Shown here one piece after another: positions 1 to 9,394 of a stretch of 64,000 bases of DNA. This DNA comes from Nitrospinaceae bacterium (lineage in GTDB: Bacteria > Nitrospinota > Nitrospinia > Nitrospinales > Nitrospinaceae), in the NCBI GenBank assembly GCA_965223665.1, contig OZ245011.1:3360001-3424000 (forward strand). The letters are read 5' to 3'. The notes under the pieces are model-generated. The model worked only from the letters and a program-made list of their open reading frames with translations. It was not told the DNA's origin and ran no database searches. The position numbers and the translations under genes are program-made. Positions within the stretch are counted from its first letter, which is position 1. Each line of letters opens with the position of its first letter.

Positions 1-653
1 AAATAAAAGAGGGACTGGACGGGCACATATGGTTTTTAGAGTTTGAAACAAATAAAGTTGGCCGATTCAATCCTCAATCCGAATCATTCAAAGAGTTTCC
101 AATATCAAAAGGCCATCCTCATGGATTGGCTTTAGATGGAAACAAAGTATGGTATACACAAGGGGGAAAATTTTGGGCACAGATATTTTTTAACAAAGTA
201 GGAGTTCTTGATACTGAAACAGGAAAAGTTGAAGAATTTACAATCCCACCTGAAAAATCTGTTCCCCATGGAATCACTCTTAGTACTAATGGTGTTCTAT
301 GGTTTACCCAGATGTTTGAAAGTAAATTGGCCAATTTAACTTTTCCAAAGGGCCAGCCTCCCAAAATAACAGAATATTGGCTTGGAAAACGAAAAGGACC
401 ACATGATTTAATTGTCGATGATGAACGTAAATGGGTTTGGTTTACTGCAAATCGTCCGGCCAGCATTGGTAGATTAGATTTAGCTAAAGCTACACCAGGT
501 ACAAATAATGGTGTAGAGTTTTTCCCCACTCCTACTCCCAAAAGTCACCCCAGCCAATTGGTAATAGATAAAGAGGGAAATATCTGGTTTACAGAAATGG
601 GATTGTATTTCCGCGGAAAATATTTAAACCAGATTGGAAAGCTTATTCCTTAA
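1..653 (+). CDS. Virginiamycin B lyase (Vgb)-like beta-propeller protein, 5' truncated by window edge
   Basis: The frame is open from position 3 (IKEGLDGHIWFLEFETNKVGRF...). Repeated PHG/PHD/PSQ-...-WFT/WYT blades (PHGITLSTNGVLWFTQ, PHDLIVDDERKWVWFT, PSQLVIDKEGNIWFTE). Confidence 0.75.
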   Translation, partial: IKEGLDGHIWFLEFETNKVGRFNPQSESFKEFPISKGHPHGLALDGNKVWYTQGGKFWAQIFFNKVGVLDTETGKVEEFTIPPEKSVPHGITLSTNGVLWFTQMFESKLANLTFPKGQPPKITEYWLGKRKGPHDLIVDDERKWVWFTANRPASIGRLDLAKATPGTNNGVEFFPTPTPKSHPSQLVIDKEGNIWFTEMGLYFRGKYLNQIGKLIP

Positions 654-877
654 ATTTGTTTTGCCTTCCAAATAATTTTCCTCACTTTTCCCCATCTAAA
701 AAATTAAGACACACAATTTTTTTGTTTCTATGGTTAAGTTTTTTCTAATTCTTTTTGATTGAGAAAAGGATCATTAAATAAAAACCCATCTTTAGGCGCT
801 AAAACAATTTGGAACCTATTATTGAGGCCATTAAACTTATTGTGTTACCCAAGTCATTTTTTCAAAAGGAGTCATTC

Positions 878-1585
878 ATGAAAAGGTTTTTTAACCTTGT
901 TTTAGTATTTGCTTTTTTGCAATTTAGCCTTTTATTAACCTCCTCTGGATTTGTTTATGGAAAAGAAAATTCTAATTTGCAAAAAGACAAAGCCTTTTTG
1001 AAAAAAATTATGCAGGACGAAAAAATTTTAAAAAAAGATCCCAATAATCCGCGATTGAATTATGAAATGGGAATGAACTATTTTTTAATGGAAGAATATA
1101 ATTCGGCAAAGTCTTATTTTAAAAAAACCCTGAGGTTAAAACCCCAAGATGATATTCTTCGTTATCGTTTGGGGCTGAAATTTGCCCAAGCCAGTCGAAT
1201 AAAGGATGCATTAAACTTTTTTAAGGAAGCACTTGATTTGGATCCCAACAATAGCCTTGTGCATATTGAAATGGGGCAACTCTATTTTAAAATGAGGAAA
1301 TATAACAAGGCTAGAAAACATTATAAATTGGCCGCCGAACTGGATCCATTGTATGAAGAAGATTATCGTGACATTGAAAAACAAATTCGACAAAAAATGG
1401 TGATCGAAAAGTATCAAAGGATCTTAAGAAAAAACCCCCAAGATGCTTTGACCCACGGGAAATTGGCTGATATTTATCGAACATTGGGAAGGGAAAAAGA
1501 AGCTGTTTTTCATTACAAAGAAGCTGTTAGGGTGGACCCAAATTTTAAGAATTTTGTTCCAGCGGATATAGAAATTTTAAATTAA
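878..1585 (+). CDS. Exported tetratricopeptide repeat protein
   Basis: AAGGAG RBS before ATG at 878. Hydrophobic N-terminal signal, then several TPR motifs (ALDLDPNNSLVHIEMGQLY, NPQDALTHGKLADIY). Confidence 0.85.
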   Translation: MKRFFNLVLVFAFLQFSLLLTSSGFVYGKENSNLQKDKAFLKKIMQDEKILKKDPNNPRLNYEMGMNYFLMEEYNSAKSYFKKTLRLKPQDDILRYRLGLKFAQASRIKDALNFFKEALDLDPNNSLVHIEMGQLYFKMRKYNKARKHYKLAAELDPLYEEDYRDIEKQIRQKMVIEKYQRILRKNPQDALTHGKLADIYRTLGREKEAVFHYKEAVRVDPNFKNFVPADIEILN

Positions 1586-1753
1586 ATTTTATGGTAAGAT
1601 TTGGGAAAAATTTTCGCAGGTTTTTTTAATTAGGAACTTAATTAAAAAAATAAAAAGCCCCCCTTGATATTCTAGTACTCTTAAGAAAAACCTAGTACAG
1701 AATTTCTAAAGAAAAAGCCGAGGAAACGACATAATGGTTTGGGAAAAGTAGGT

Positions 1754-1954
1754 CTATTTTGGTACTACTTTTGCGGCTTGCGGGCCTTTTTGCCCTTCGG
1801 TCACTTCATACTCAACATCTTGTCCTTGCTTTAAGGTTTTATAACCATCGATCTGAATTTCAGAAAAATGTACAAAGACATCTTTTCCTTCTTCAGATTC
1901 AATGAAACCATACCCCTTGGAATTGCTAAACCATTTAACTTTTCCCACAGCCAT
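1754..1954 (-). CDS. cspA: Cold-shock protein (CspA family)
   Basis: 66 aa, GKVKWF..KGYGFI (RNP1), DVFVHFS (RNP2), KGPQA. Confidence 0.95.
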   Translation of the reverse strand: MAVGKVKWFSNSKGYGFIESEEGKDVFVHFSEIQIDGYKTLKQGQDVEYEVTEGQKGPQAAKVVPK

Positions 1955-2303
1955 AAATCCCCCTTTTTTAAGAACATTAAGAGCGCATATACTACCACAG
2001 GTAGATAAAGAAACCCAAGAAACTCTACTCTATTTTTGTAAAAAAATGGGGGTAAAAAATCCCCCTCTTGAAGGTTTTTTTTGGGCAAGATTTTGAAATT
2101 TAAGGATTTTACTTTTTGAAGGTTAAAAGAAGCAAAATTGATCCTTTTTCCGTAAATTTTAAATTAGAATTGAATCAAACTATATAAAATCTAAATAGGT
2201 TCCTTGCCGCCACCAATAGTACTTATAAATTTTCTTTTATTTAGTCAATTTGCTGAAACCATCTTAGCCAAAAAATAAAAAACGAGATATTGAAAGAAGA
2301 ACT

Positions 2304-2471
2304 TTATTTGTTAATTTTATTTTCTCTTAAAAAATTTGGTCCATAAACTTCTTCCATAGTTCGATATTTTTTAGCCTGACGCAATTTTTGTCTTTCCTCA
2401 AATGATTTGGGATATTGTGGAGTGGGGGGAAATTTTACGTTACTTAATTCTCTTTCTTGAGTCGTCTGCAT
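2304..2471 (-). CDS. Small hypothetical protein (55 aa), not in the ORF track
   Basis: AAGGAGG RBS 7 nt before ATG. Manual translation: MQTTQERELSNVKFPPTPQYPKSFEERQKLRQAKKYRTMEEVYGPNFLRENKINK*. Sits in an otherwise empty intergenic gap. Confidence 0.6.
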   Translation of the reverse strand: MQTTQERELSNVKFPPTPQYPKSFEERQKLRQAKKYRTMEEVYGPNFLRENKINK

Positions 2472-2501
2472 GTTCATTCCTCCTTGAATGACTTTTTCTA
2501 T

Positions 2502-2529
2502 TTATCGGTATCAATAAAAAATCTCATTA
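2502..2529 (-). promoter_or_regulatory. Putative sigma28 (FliA)-type promoter upstream of the 55-aa ORF
   Basis: Minus strand reads TAAT-N16-ACCGATAA, resembling TAAA-N15/16-GCCGATAA. Confidence 0.4.
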
Positions 2530-2832
2530 AATATTTTTTGGGAGTTAAAAATGCTAATTGTTAATTGATGAATATTTTGGGAAAAATTATAGAAAAAGTA
2601 TTGCTCGAATGATTCTTTGGGAGGCTTAAAGAAATATGGGTAAGTGGATACTCCCTAACCCTTCAAAAAATAGGCGATTACATGTGAATTTTGTATTGCC
2701 TTAATATCACAAAAATTTTAATGATTCTTTGCTTGTTTTGACGATTTTTTCATTGATATACTGACCCCAAATTTGGGAATCTTGAGTCTTTTTGGACTTA
2801 AAGATGTTTCTTTACAGGAGGCAAAGAACATC

Positions 2833-3441
2833 ATGAATAAAATTGTATCAATAGTCGTAACATTATTTTTATTAGTTGTTTGGTCTCAAGTCACGTGGGC
2901 AGGACCCCGAGGAAAGTTTAATAATGGAAGAAGTGGATTTAATCACCGTATAGGGAAAACACCTTCACATAAACTCACCATCCGGGGAAATAGATTTTCT
3001 AATCAAATTCGTACAAGAAAAAATTCAGTTTTTCATTCTCATAAATTAAATACTCGAAAATCTAGATCCATTAATAGAAATAGAGGTTTTAGATCTTCGT
3101 CCAGATTCAATAGGAGGAATAATCTTAGAGGATCTGCAAGGAATTTTCGTAGTTTTGGGAGACAGCAACAAAACCGAAATGGTTTGATAAGAAATAATTT
3201 GAGAAATAAATCAGTAGCCTTGAGACCTCGCTATAAATATCGAAATAAATACCGTCAACCCTCTCGTCGTCCTTATGTCAATCCGCATCGTGGAGCGTAT
3301 TACCCGAATAGAGGATACTATCAATACGGAAATTATTACTCTGACTACCCACCCAATTATAATATTTTTGTTTTTCCAGGCGTGGTCGGGGTCGGACCGT
3401 ATGTAGTATTGCCGCCTGTTAGAGGCTTCATCGGCTATTAA
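2833..3441 (+). CDS. Exported Arg/Asn-rich low-complexity hypothetical protein
   Basis: CAGGAGG RBS before ATG at 2833. Signal peptide ending TWA, basic R/N/S-rich middle and Tyr/Pro-rich tail. Confidence 0.65.
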   Translation: MNKIVSIVVTLFLLVVWSQVTWAGPRGKFNNGRSGFNHRIGKTPSHKLTIRGNRFSNQIRTRKNSVFHSHKLNTRKSRSINRNRGFRSSSRFNRRNNLRGSARNFRSFGRQQQNRNGLIRNNLRNKSVALRPRYKYRNKYRQPSRRPYVNPHRGAYYPNRGYYQYGNYYSDYPPNYNIFVFPGVVGVGPYVVLPPVRGFIGY

Positions 3442-3552
3442 TCTTTTAGTTTTTTTCATCTGGTAATTAAACTAAGGTGCTATTCTTTAGGCTCCTTTTG
3501 GAGACTCTACAAGGCCCCAATTTTTTTTAAACCTGTTGAGAAAGGCATTGCG

Positions 3553-4425
3553 TTGGAAAATTATAATTGCCTGAAAAAAGGTTTAAATAATTTAAAACTA
3601 TTGGTTTTAGCATTTTTATTTCTTATTTTGGGCTTGGGATGTAGTCAAACTCAAATTGTCTATAATCTTTCGGATTGGTTCCTATTAAAACGAATCGATA
3701 AATATTTTAATCTCACCTCTAAACAAGAAGAGTTTTTAGAAAAAAAAATTGAGGGTTTGCAACAATGGCATCGACAAAATGAAATTCCCAAATTGGTCGA
3801 GGTTCTTGAAAACCTACAGGACCGCTATAGAGACGGGCTGAATTTGGAAGATGTTCTTTGGATTCAAAAAACCCATTGGGGGTTTTGGGAAAGATTGTTT
3901 AAAAAAGGTTTGTGTGATTTTTCTGGGTTTTTAAGTATGGTGAATGATGATCAAATTTTACACTTGGAATCTCAATTCCAAATTAACAACCAATATTTGA
4001 TTGATCAAACTAAACTGGCACCTCCAGAATTGCGGGCAGAAACATTAGATTGGTTGTTCAAATTTTTAGAAGACTGGTATGGTTATTTGACCCCTGAGCA
4101 AAAAGCTAATATGGAAAAACTGGTGACCGAAGATCCGGAATGGATCAAAATAAAGCTCGAAAAGCGCCAAACATTTCAAAAAAACTTTGTTCGGATTTTA
4201 AAGAAACACCAAAGTTCATCGAAAATTTGTAAAGAACTTAGCCCTATGATAATTGATGCAAAGGCTACATGGCCAGCCAATTTTAGGACACGCTTCGAGC
4301 AAAAAGAACAGAAATGGCAACAGATATTTTTGCAAATAGATGCAACTATGCAACCTAATCAAAGAAAAAATGTCTTACAGCGGATTGAAAATTATCGCTT
4401 GGACTTCAAGGAATTATTGGGATAG
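3553..4425 (+). CDS. Putative lipoprotein (DUF6279-like)
   Basis: Lipobox LGLGC followed by YN..DW....IDKYF.L...Q.......WHR..E.P pattern. Confidence 0.7.
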   Translation: MENYNCLKKGLNNLKLLVLAFLFLILGLGCSQTQIVYNLSDWFLLKRIDKYFNLTSKQEEFLEKKIEGLQQWHRQNEIPKLVEVLENLQDRYRDGLNLEDVLWIQKTHWGFWERLFKKGLCDFSGFLSMVNDDQILHLESQFQINNQYLIDQTKLAPPELRAETLDWLFKFLEDWYGYLTPEQKANMEKLVTEDPEWIKIKLEKRQTFQKNFVRILKKHQSSSKICKELSPMIIDAKATWPANFRTRFEQKEQKWQQIFLQIDATMQPNQRKNVLQRIENYRLDFKELLG

Positions 4426-4494
4426 GTTAAATTCTATTTTAAATGTGGCTATTTAATTTATGGGATTGGAGACTCTGGGATTACCTGAAAGAGA

Positions 4495-5007
4495 TTAAAG
4501 CCCTCTGAGGTTTTTCAAGATCTGCTGCGCGGCTTTTTCATAAAGTTTATCAGGAGATCCTCCGGTCATTCCTCCAGACACCCAACTTTGAACTTCCCAG
4601 GCGCCCAGCATGCCTTCTTGACTCAGGAGGGCGACTTTTACATTCATCAATGCGCGTGATCCATCATCAATTCCAAAGGTAACAAATCGTTTAAATCTAT
4701 TACCGTGATCAAACATCGTGACTTGAAATTTCAAATGGTATTTGGCTTTAACGTTGTTAGGAACCACCTGGAACATAGAATCCGTCATTTCTGTTTCCAG
4801 GGCGCTCCTTAGTCCGGAACTTGCCCCTTGTAAGGAAAACTTTTTAGTTAAATCTTTAAGGATAATAGTGTTTTGATGAGTTTCCCATCGTTTCCGAGTA
4901 ATGGATTCCACACCGGAACAAGCAGTCAAAGCAAAAACCAGTAATAGTGCTAAAATACTGATTTTATTAAACCTTACTGGTCTGATTTCAATGGTTTTCC
5001 TGTTCAT
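4495..5007 (-). CDS. Putative lipoprotein (DUF4410-like)
   Basis: Lipobox LTAC; FDHGNRFKRFVTFG motif. Confidence 0.6.
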   Translation of the reverse strand: MNRKTIEIRPVRFNKISILALLLVFALTACSGVESITRKRWETHQNTIILKDLTKKFSLQGASSGLRSALETEMTDSMFQVVPNNVKAKYHLKFQVTMFDHGNRFKRFVTFGIDDGSRALMNVKVALLSQEGMLGAWEVQSWVSGGMTGGSPDKLYEKAAQQILKNLRGL

Positions 5008-5057
5008 GATGGGAGTATTCTAGCAGGCAAAATAAGTTTTGCAAAGAGGAAATTAGG

Positions 5058-6881
5058 CTACGAAAACCAGTGGACCACAGCTTCCTCCAATCCACTAAAC
5101 CAAGTTTGGAGTTCAATGGGGATTAAACTATTAATATAGGTTAATTTCCCGGTTGCCAATGCCCAGCCTAGAAAAATTAAAAGGACTCCGCTCAACACAT
5201 TTGTAGAATGCAAAAGTATAGAACGTCCACCCAAATTTAAAGTCCAACCCCGACCCCTTAAAACTTTCCAGAACCAACTGTCTTTTCCCATGTTGCTAAA
5301 AAGTGAGGCTAACAATATGAGAGGCAAGCCCAAGCCTATTGCAAAGAAAAATAAGAGAGCCATTCCTTCATAGATAGTTTTTTCAGAAGCCGCAAGAACT
5401 AAAATTCCGGATAAAATGGGTCCTACACATGGAGTCCAACCCATAGCAAAAGTAGCACCAAACAGGAAGTACCCAATGAATGTAGATGTGGGAGCACTCT
5501 TGAAACTGGCGCCGGAAAATCCTTTACCAAAAACGGTCATAATCCCAAAAATTAATACTAGAATTCCCCCCCAGGTGGTCAGGGAAAATAAATAGTCTCT
5601 TAAAAGACTTCCAAGAAAGCTTGCAGACGCTCCCATCAATACAAATAAAGAAGCCAAACCACAGAAGAATGCAAAAGAATTCATAGTCATCTTAGTTCGA
5701 CTGGCTTGGGCAGTAACTGCAAAATAAGCTGGTAATATGGGTAATGTGCATGGAGAAAGAAAACTAAACATTCCGGCCATAAAGGAAAGGATAATGAGTA
5801 AAAAAATACTTGCCTTGGGTAAAGGTGATTCAGGCTCAAATGGACTGAACCCTGACTTTGTTGGGGTCACATCGTTTGATGTTGAAGGGGAAGAATTTGA
5901 AGAAGGGCTGGCTGAACCAAAAGACAAAGGTTCGTTTGAATTGGTTTTTAATGCTTCCTGAGTTGAGGGTGGGGGATTTAAAATTTTTGGTTTTGTGGAT
6001 GTCACACAGCGAAATCCAACATCGGGTGCTCCCTGGCTTGGGTCAGCATACTGACGGTAACCGGCACGTGCGAATTCTTTTAGAACTTGTAAGTACGATT
6101 CTCCAGGAAAATGCCCGATGTTTGAAGACGATATTCCTCTTAATACCTTGTAGCCTGCGTTAAAGGAGTCATCTTGATAAATATTTCCCGGATAAGCCGA
6201 GTAGTCTTCAGCAATCCATTCCCATACATTGCCGACAAGGTCATGAACTCCCTGTGGAGTGGCCCCTTGTGGATGCACTCCAACTTTAGTGAGCAAGGTT
6301 TTGGATCGTGCCTGTTTAGGTAAATTAGAATTTTCTAACTTAAAATCATTACCCCAGGGATATTCTCTTCCATCCGTCCCTCGGGCTGCGCGTTCCCATT
6401 CCTTTTCCGTAGGCAATCTTTTTCCTGCCCATTCACAAAAATTGGAGGCATCATACCAAGTGACCCAAGTCACTGGAAAATCTTCTTTCCCCAGTGGAAT
6501 TTCCCCCTTTTCCCAATTTTTTGGAGGAGCATATTTCCCAATATTTTTAATGATTGGTTTAAACCGGGGATCGTTTGGAATATCTTCCAAAAAGTTTTTG
6601 TATCGCCTGTTAGTCACTTCGTAGCGATCTATATAAAACCCTTTTAGGAAAGGCTTTTGTTCTGGGTGCTCATCTTTATAAAGCGCTTTGGGTACTCCTA
6701 ATGCCAGAAGTTCGCCACTTTCATCCTCTTTGTTAGTACCGAATATAAATTGTCCTGCAGAAATAAATGCCATGTCTCCTTCTAGAGTATTTTCCCCCTC
6801 AGTATCCTGTGCCCAACTGTATACTGCGGTGGTCAGTAGGAGTAAAGTGCAAACAATAAATTTGTATAGAGAAAATTTCAT
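5058..6881 (-). CDS. Fusion of an FGE/SUMF1-like domain and a CcdA (DsbD-beta) cytochrome c biogenesis membrane domain
   Basis: N-terminal half: FYIDRYEVTN, RLPTEKEWERAARG, YPWGN, DLVGNVWEW, GFRC. Ser/Pro linker. C-terminal half: SFLSPCTLPILP and GWTPCVGP with multiple TM helices. Confidence 0.85.
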   Translation of the reverse strand: MKFSLYKFIVCTLLLLTTAVYSWAQDTEGENTLEGDMAFISAGQFIFGTNKEDESGELLALGVPKALYKDEHPEQKPFLKGFYIDRYEVTNRRYKNFLEDIPNDPRFKPIIKNIGKYAPPKNWEKGEIPLGKEDFPVTWVTWYDASNFCEWAGKRLPTEKEWERAARGTDGREYPWGNDFKLENSNLPKQARSKTLLTKVGVHPQGATPQGVHDLVGNVWEWIAEDYSAYPGNIYQDDSFNAGYKVLRGISSSNIGHFPGESYLQVLKEFARAGYRQYADPSQGAPDVGFRCVTSTKPKILNPPPSTQEALKTNSNEPLSFGSASPSSNSSPSTSNDVTPTKSGFSPFEPESPLPKASIFLLIILSFMAGMFSFLSPCTLPILPAYFAVTAQASRTKMTMNSFAFFCGLASLFVLMGASASFLGSLLRDYLFSLTTWGGILVLIFGIMTVFGKGFSGASFKSAPTSTFIGYFLFGATFAMGWTPCVGPILSGILVLAASEKTIYEGMALLFFFAIGLGLPLILLASLFSNMGKDSWFWKVLRGRGWTLNLGGRSILLHSTNVLSGVLLIFLGWALATGKLTYINSLIPIELQTWFSGLEEAVVHWFS

Positions 6882-6968
6882 GTAATAAGATTGAAATCTA
6901 AAGATATTTTTAAAATAAAAAAAGCGAGTTAAAAAATTTTAAGTGATAAAGGTTTTGTTGAGGGTCCT

Positions 6969-7541
6969 TTACTTTTTTTGGGACAATAATTCTTCAAAAT
7001 ACATAATAGTATCTGGCGCAGCCCAATTCTCAGCCCCATGCAGAATACCAACAATTATCCCCTTTGGGTCAATCAAAAAAGTAGTTGGTAAACTGGTAAT
7101 TCCATAGTCTTTACTTATGTCCATTTGCGGATCAAGCAAGATGGGAAAAGTTATTTTATTCGCCTTTACATAGGGCTCGACTACTCTGGTCCCAAACATG
7201 TCATTGGAAATACCGATGACTTTTAATGATTTACCTTTAAACTTTTCATGAAGATAATTTAAGGATGGCATTTCAATTTTACATGGTCCACACCAGGTAG
7301 CCCAGAAATTGAGAAGAATGTAATGTCCCCGTTGATCAGATAAATTAAAGTTTGACCCATTTAGTGTAGAAAGTGAAAAACCAGGGGCAATTTGGTTCTC
7401 CTTTAAGGCAACCGCTGACTGGACACTAATCACAAATCCCAGGAATAATCCAATCATGATCATAGCCATAAACTTAAAAGTTTTTCTGAAAAAATAAAAA
7501 CCCGGCAATGTTCCCCGCCGGGTTTGATATATGGTCTTCAT
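6969..7541 (-). CDS. TlpA/ResA-family thiol-disulfide oxidoreductase
   Basis: LLNFWATWCGPCKIEMP, SLPTTFLID, N-terminal TM anchor. Confidence 0.9.
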   Translation of the reverse strand: MKTIYQTRRGTLPGFYFFRKTFKFMAMIMIGLFLGFVISVQSAVALKENQIAPGFSLSTLNGSNFNLSDQRGHYILLNFWATWCGPCKIEMPSLNYLHEKFKGKSLKVIGISNDMFGTRVVEPYVKANKITFPILLDPQMDISKDYGITSLPTTFLIDPKGIIVGILHGAENWAAPDTIMYFEELLSQKK

Positions 7542-7588
7542 AATGATTTTATTTATCCAAAGTTCCTGGATCTCAAATTTGGATGATT

Positions 7589-7819
7589 TTATTCCACGGC
7601 TTCAATACAGCGTACCATAGGAATTGCCTTTTTTAGAGCCCTTTCAATTCCCATTTTTAGAGTCATAGTTGAACTGGAGCACGAACTACAGGACCCAACC
7701 AAGCGTACCTTTACAATACCGTCATCGATATCCACCAATTCTACATTGCCCCCGTCCTTCATAAGTTCCGGACGAATGGTGTCTAAAACGGACTCCACTT
7801 CCTCTTTCATTTCATCCAC
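7589..7819 (-). CDS. NifU C-terminal (Nfu) Fe-S carrier protein
   Basis: IRPELMKDGGNVELV...GSCSSC...TLKMGIE. Confidence 0.9.
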   Translation of the reverse strand: MDEMKEEVESVLDTIRPELMKDGGNVELVDIDDGIVKVRLVGSCSSCSSSTMTLKMGIERALKKAIPMVRCIEAVE

Positions 7820-7859
7820 AATAAAGATCCTTACGTTATTGGTGCAGAAAAATTTAGAA

Positions 7860-8111
<252 letters not shown>

Positions 8112-8160
8112 TTATTATCTCCTTCAATAAAGCAGTACACTGCTTTATGCTGTGAAAAAA

Positions 8161-8619
8161 TTAATTCAATTGCTTTTCAAAAGCCTTTGTCTCCTGACTC
8201 CATTTGAAAAAGGCCTCATCTTTGATTTCCTTATTATACACTGAAATTACCAAATACTGTGCTCCAGGATAGGTGGGTTCCCCATCAAATAAAGCCATCC
8301 GTTTATCTTCCTCTGAAAAATAGGCATCGTGATCCGGATGGGAATGGTAGAACAACTTCACCGCTAATCCTTTTTCATTGGCACTCTTAAAAATTTCCAT
8401 CAATTCTTTCGGATCAATGAAAAAAGCGGTTCTGGCGTCCCTTACATAAGTTTTAGGGTCCTTTTCATGTAATTGATTTTGGATATTGGTGCATCTGAAA
8501 TGGATATCCTCTTGATCATTTTCTGGGTTTCCTATAATAATTCCGCAACATTCATAGGGGTATTCTTCCAGAGCATGATTTCGCGCTTGCTCAAGATTGT
8601 CTTTTGCCAATAAAATCAT
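8161..8619 (-). CDS. JAB/MPN+ (Mov34, M67/Mec-like) metallopeptidase
   Basis: YPYECCG and JAMM motif YHSHPDHDAYFSEED. Confidence 0.9.
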   Translation of the reverse strand: MILLAKDNLEQARNHALEEYPYECCGIIIGNPENDQEDIHFRCTNIQNQLHEKDPKTYVRDARTAFFIDPKELMEIFKSANEKGLAVKLFYHSHPDHDAYFSEEDKRMALFDGEPTYPGAQYLVISVYNKEIKDEAFFKWSQETKAFEKQLN

Positions 8620-8689
8620 ATACTTAAGATCGTTGGTTTTAAATTGAAAAATTCTAGCTCAATATAACCAACCTAAATAAACTTGGGGT

Positions 8690-8989
8690 TTAAATATGTG
8701 ACCGTACTACTAAATTATCTTCCACAGTTATTTGACACGCGAGTCTTAAATTTGGATTTTTATTTAATTGTTTTTTTAAATTATTAGATTCAGTTTCATT
8801 TAGGGGGGCCACTTTCCCGGACACTATTTCCACTTTACAAGACGAGCAAAGTCCTCTTCCTCTACAGTTTAATAATTTAAAAATGTGGGCATAAATTCCA
8901 ACTTTGTTGGCAATTGCTGCTTCCCGAAGATTTTCCCCTGGTTCGACCTTAATAGTGCGATTTTGTTTTTCAAAAGTAACTTCTAGCAT
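8690..8989 (-). CDS. [2Fe-2S] ferredoxin
   Basis: CRGRGLCSSC...RLACQ. Confidence 0.88.
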   Translation of the reverse strand: MLEVTFEKQNRTIKVEPGENLREAAIANKVGIYAHIFKLLNCRGRGLCSSCKVEIVSGKVAPLNETESNNLKKQLNKNPNLRLACQITVEDNLVVRSHI

Positions 8990-9336
8990 GCTTCCACCTG
9001 AACATATTCTCCCAGTTTACCCTTACCCCAATATCCATAGAAGGCGTTACCCGCTGTGGAACAAAAGGATCTTAAATGAACATATTCTATGGCTCCATGA
9101 TCCGCCTTTAATACGCCCACCTGAGAGTATGGTGGGATTTTTTTACCACAATTCGCGCAATCCACAGAATAATTTTTGCATTGTTTAAGCAAACAGGCTC
9201 GACAAAGAACGGGATGAAACAAGTGAATTTCCTGGCCTTCAAACTCAATATAGGTAGGTTGCTCCTCTACGGACAATTGGCAATCGCTGCACTTTAGGAT
9301 ACCTGGGTTTTGGCTTTCTACAGAGGATGAAACCAT
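8983..9336 (-). CDS. Cys-rich hypothetical protein (probable metal-binding)
   Basis: CSDC, CRAC, CANC and a C-terminal Cys; overlaps the ferredoxin start codon. Confidence 0.6.
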   Translation of the reverse strand: MVSSSVESQNPGILKCSDCQLSVEEQPTYIEFEGQEIHLFHPVLCRACLLKQCKNYSVDCANCGKKIPPYSQVGVLKADHGAIEYVHLRSFCSTAGNAFYGYWGKGKLGEYVQVEAC

Positions 9337-9394
9337 TTTCTAAAAAATGACTGTTTGCTTTAATTAAAAGAATCCATTCTATACCAAAAGGGAC

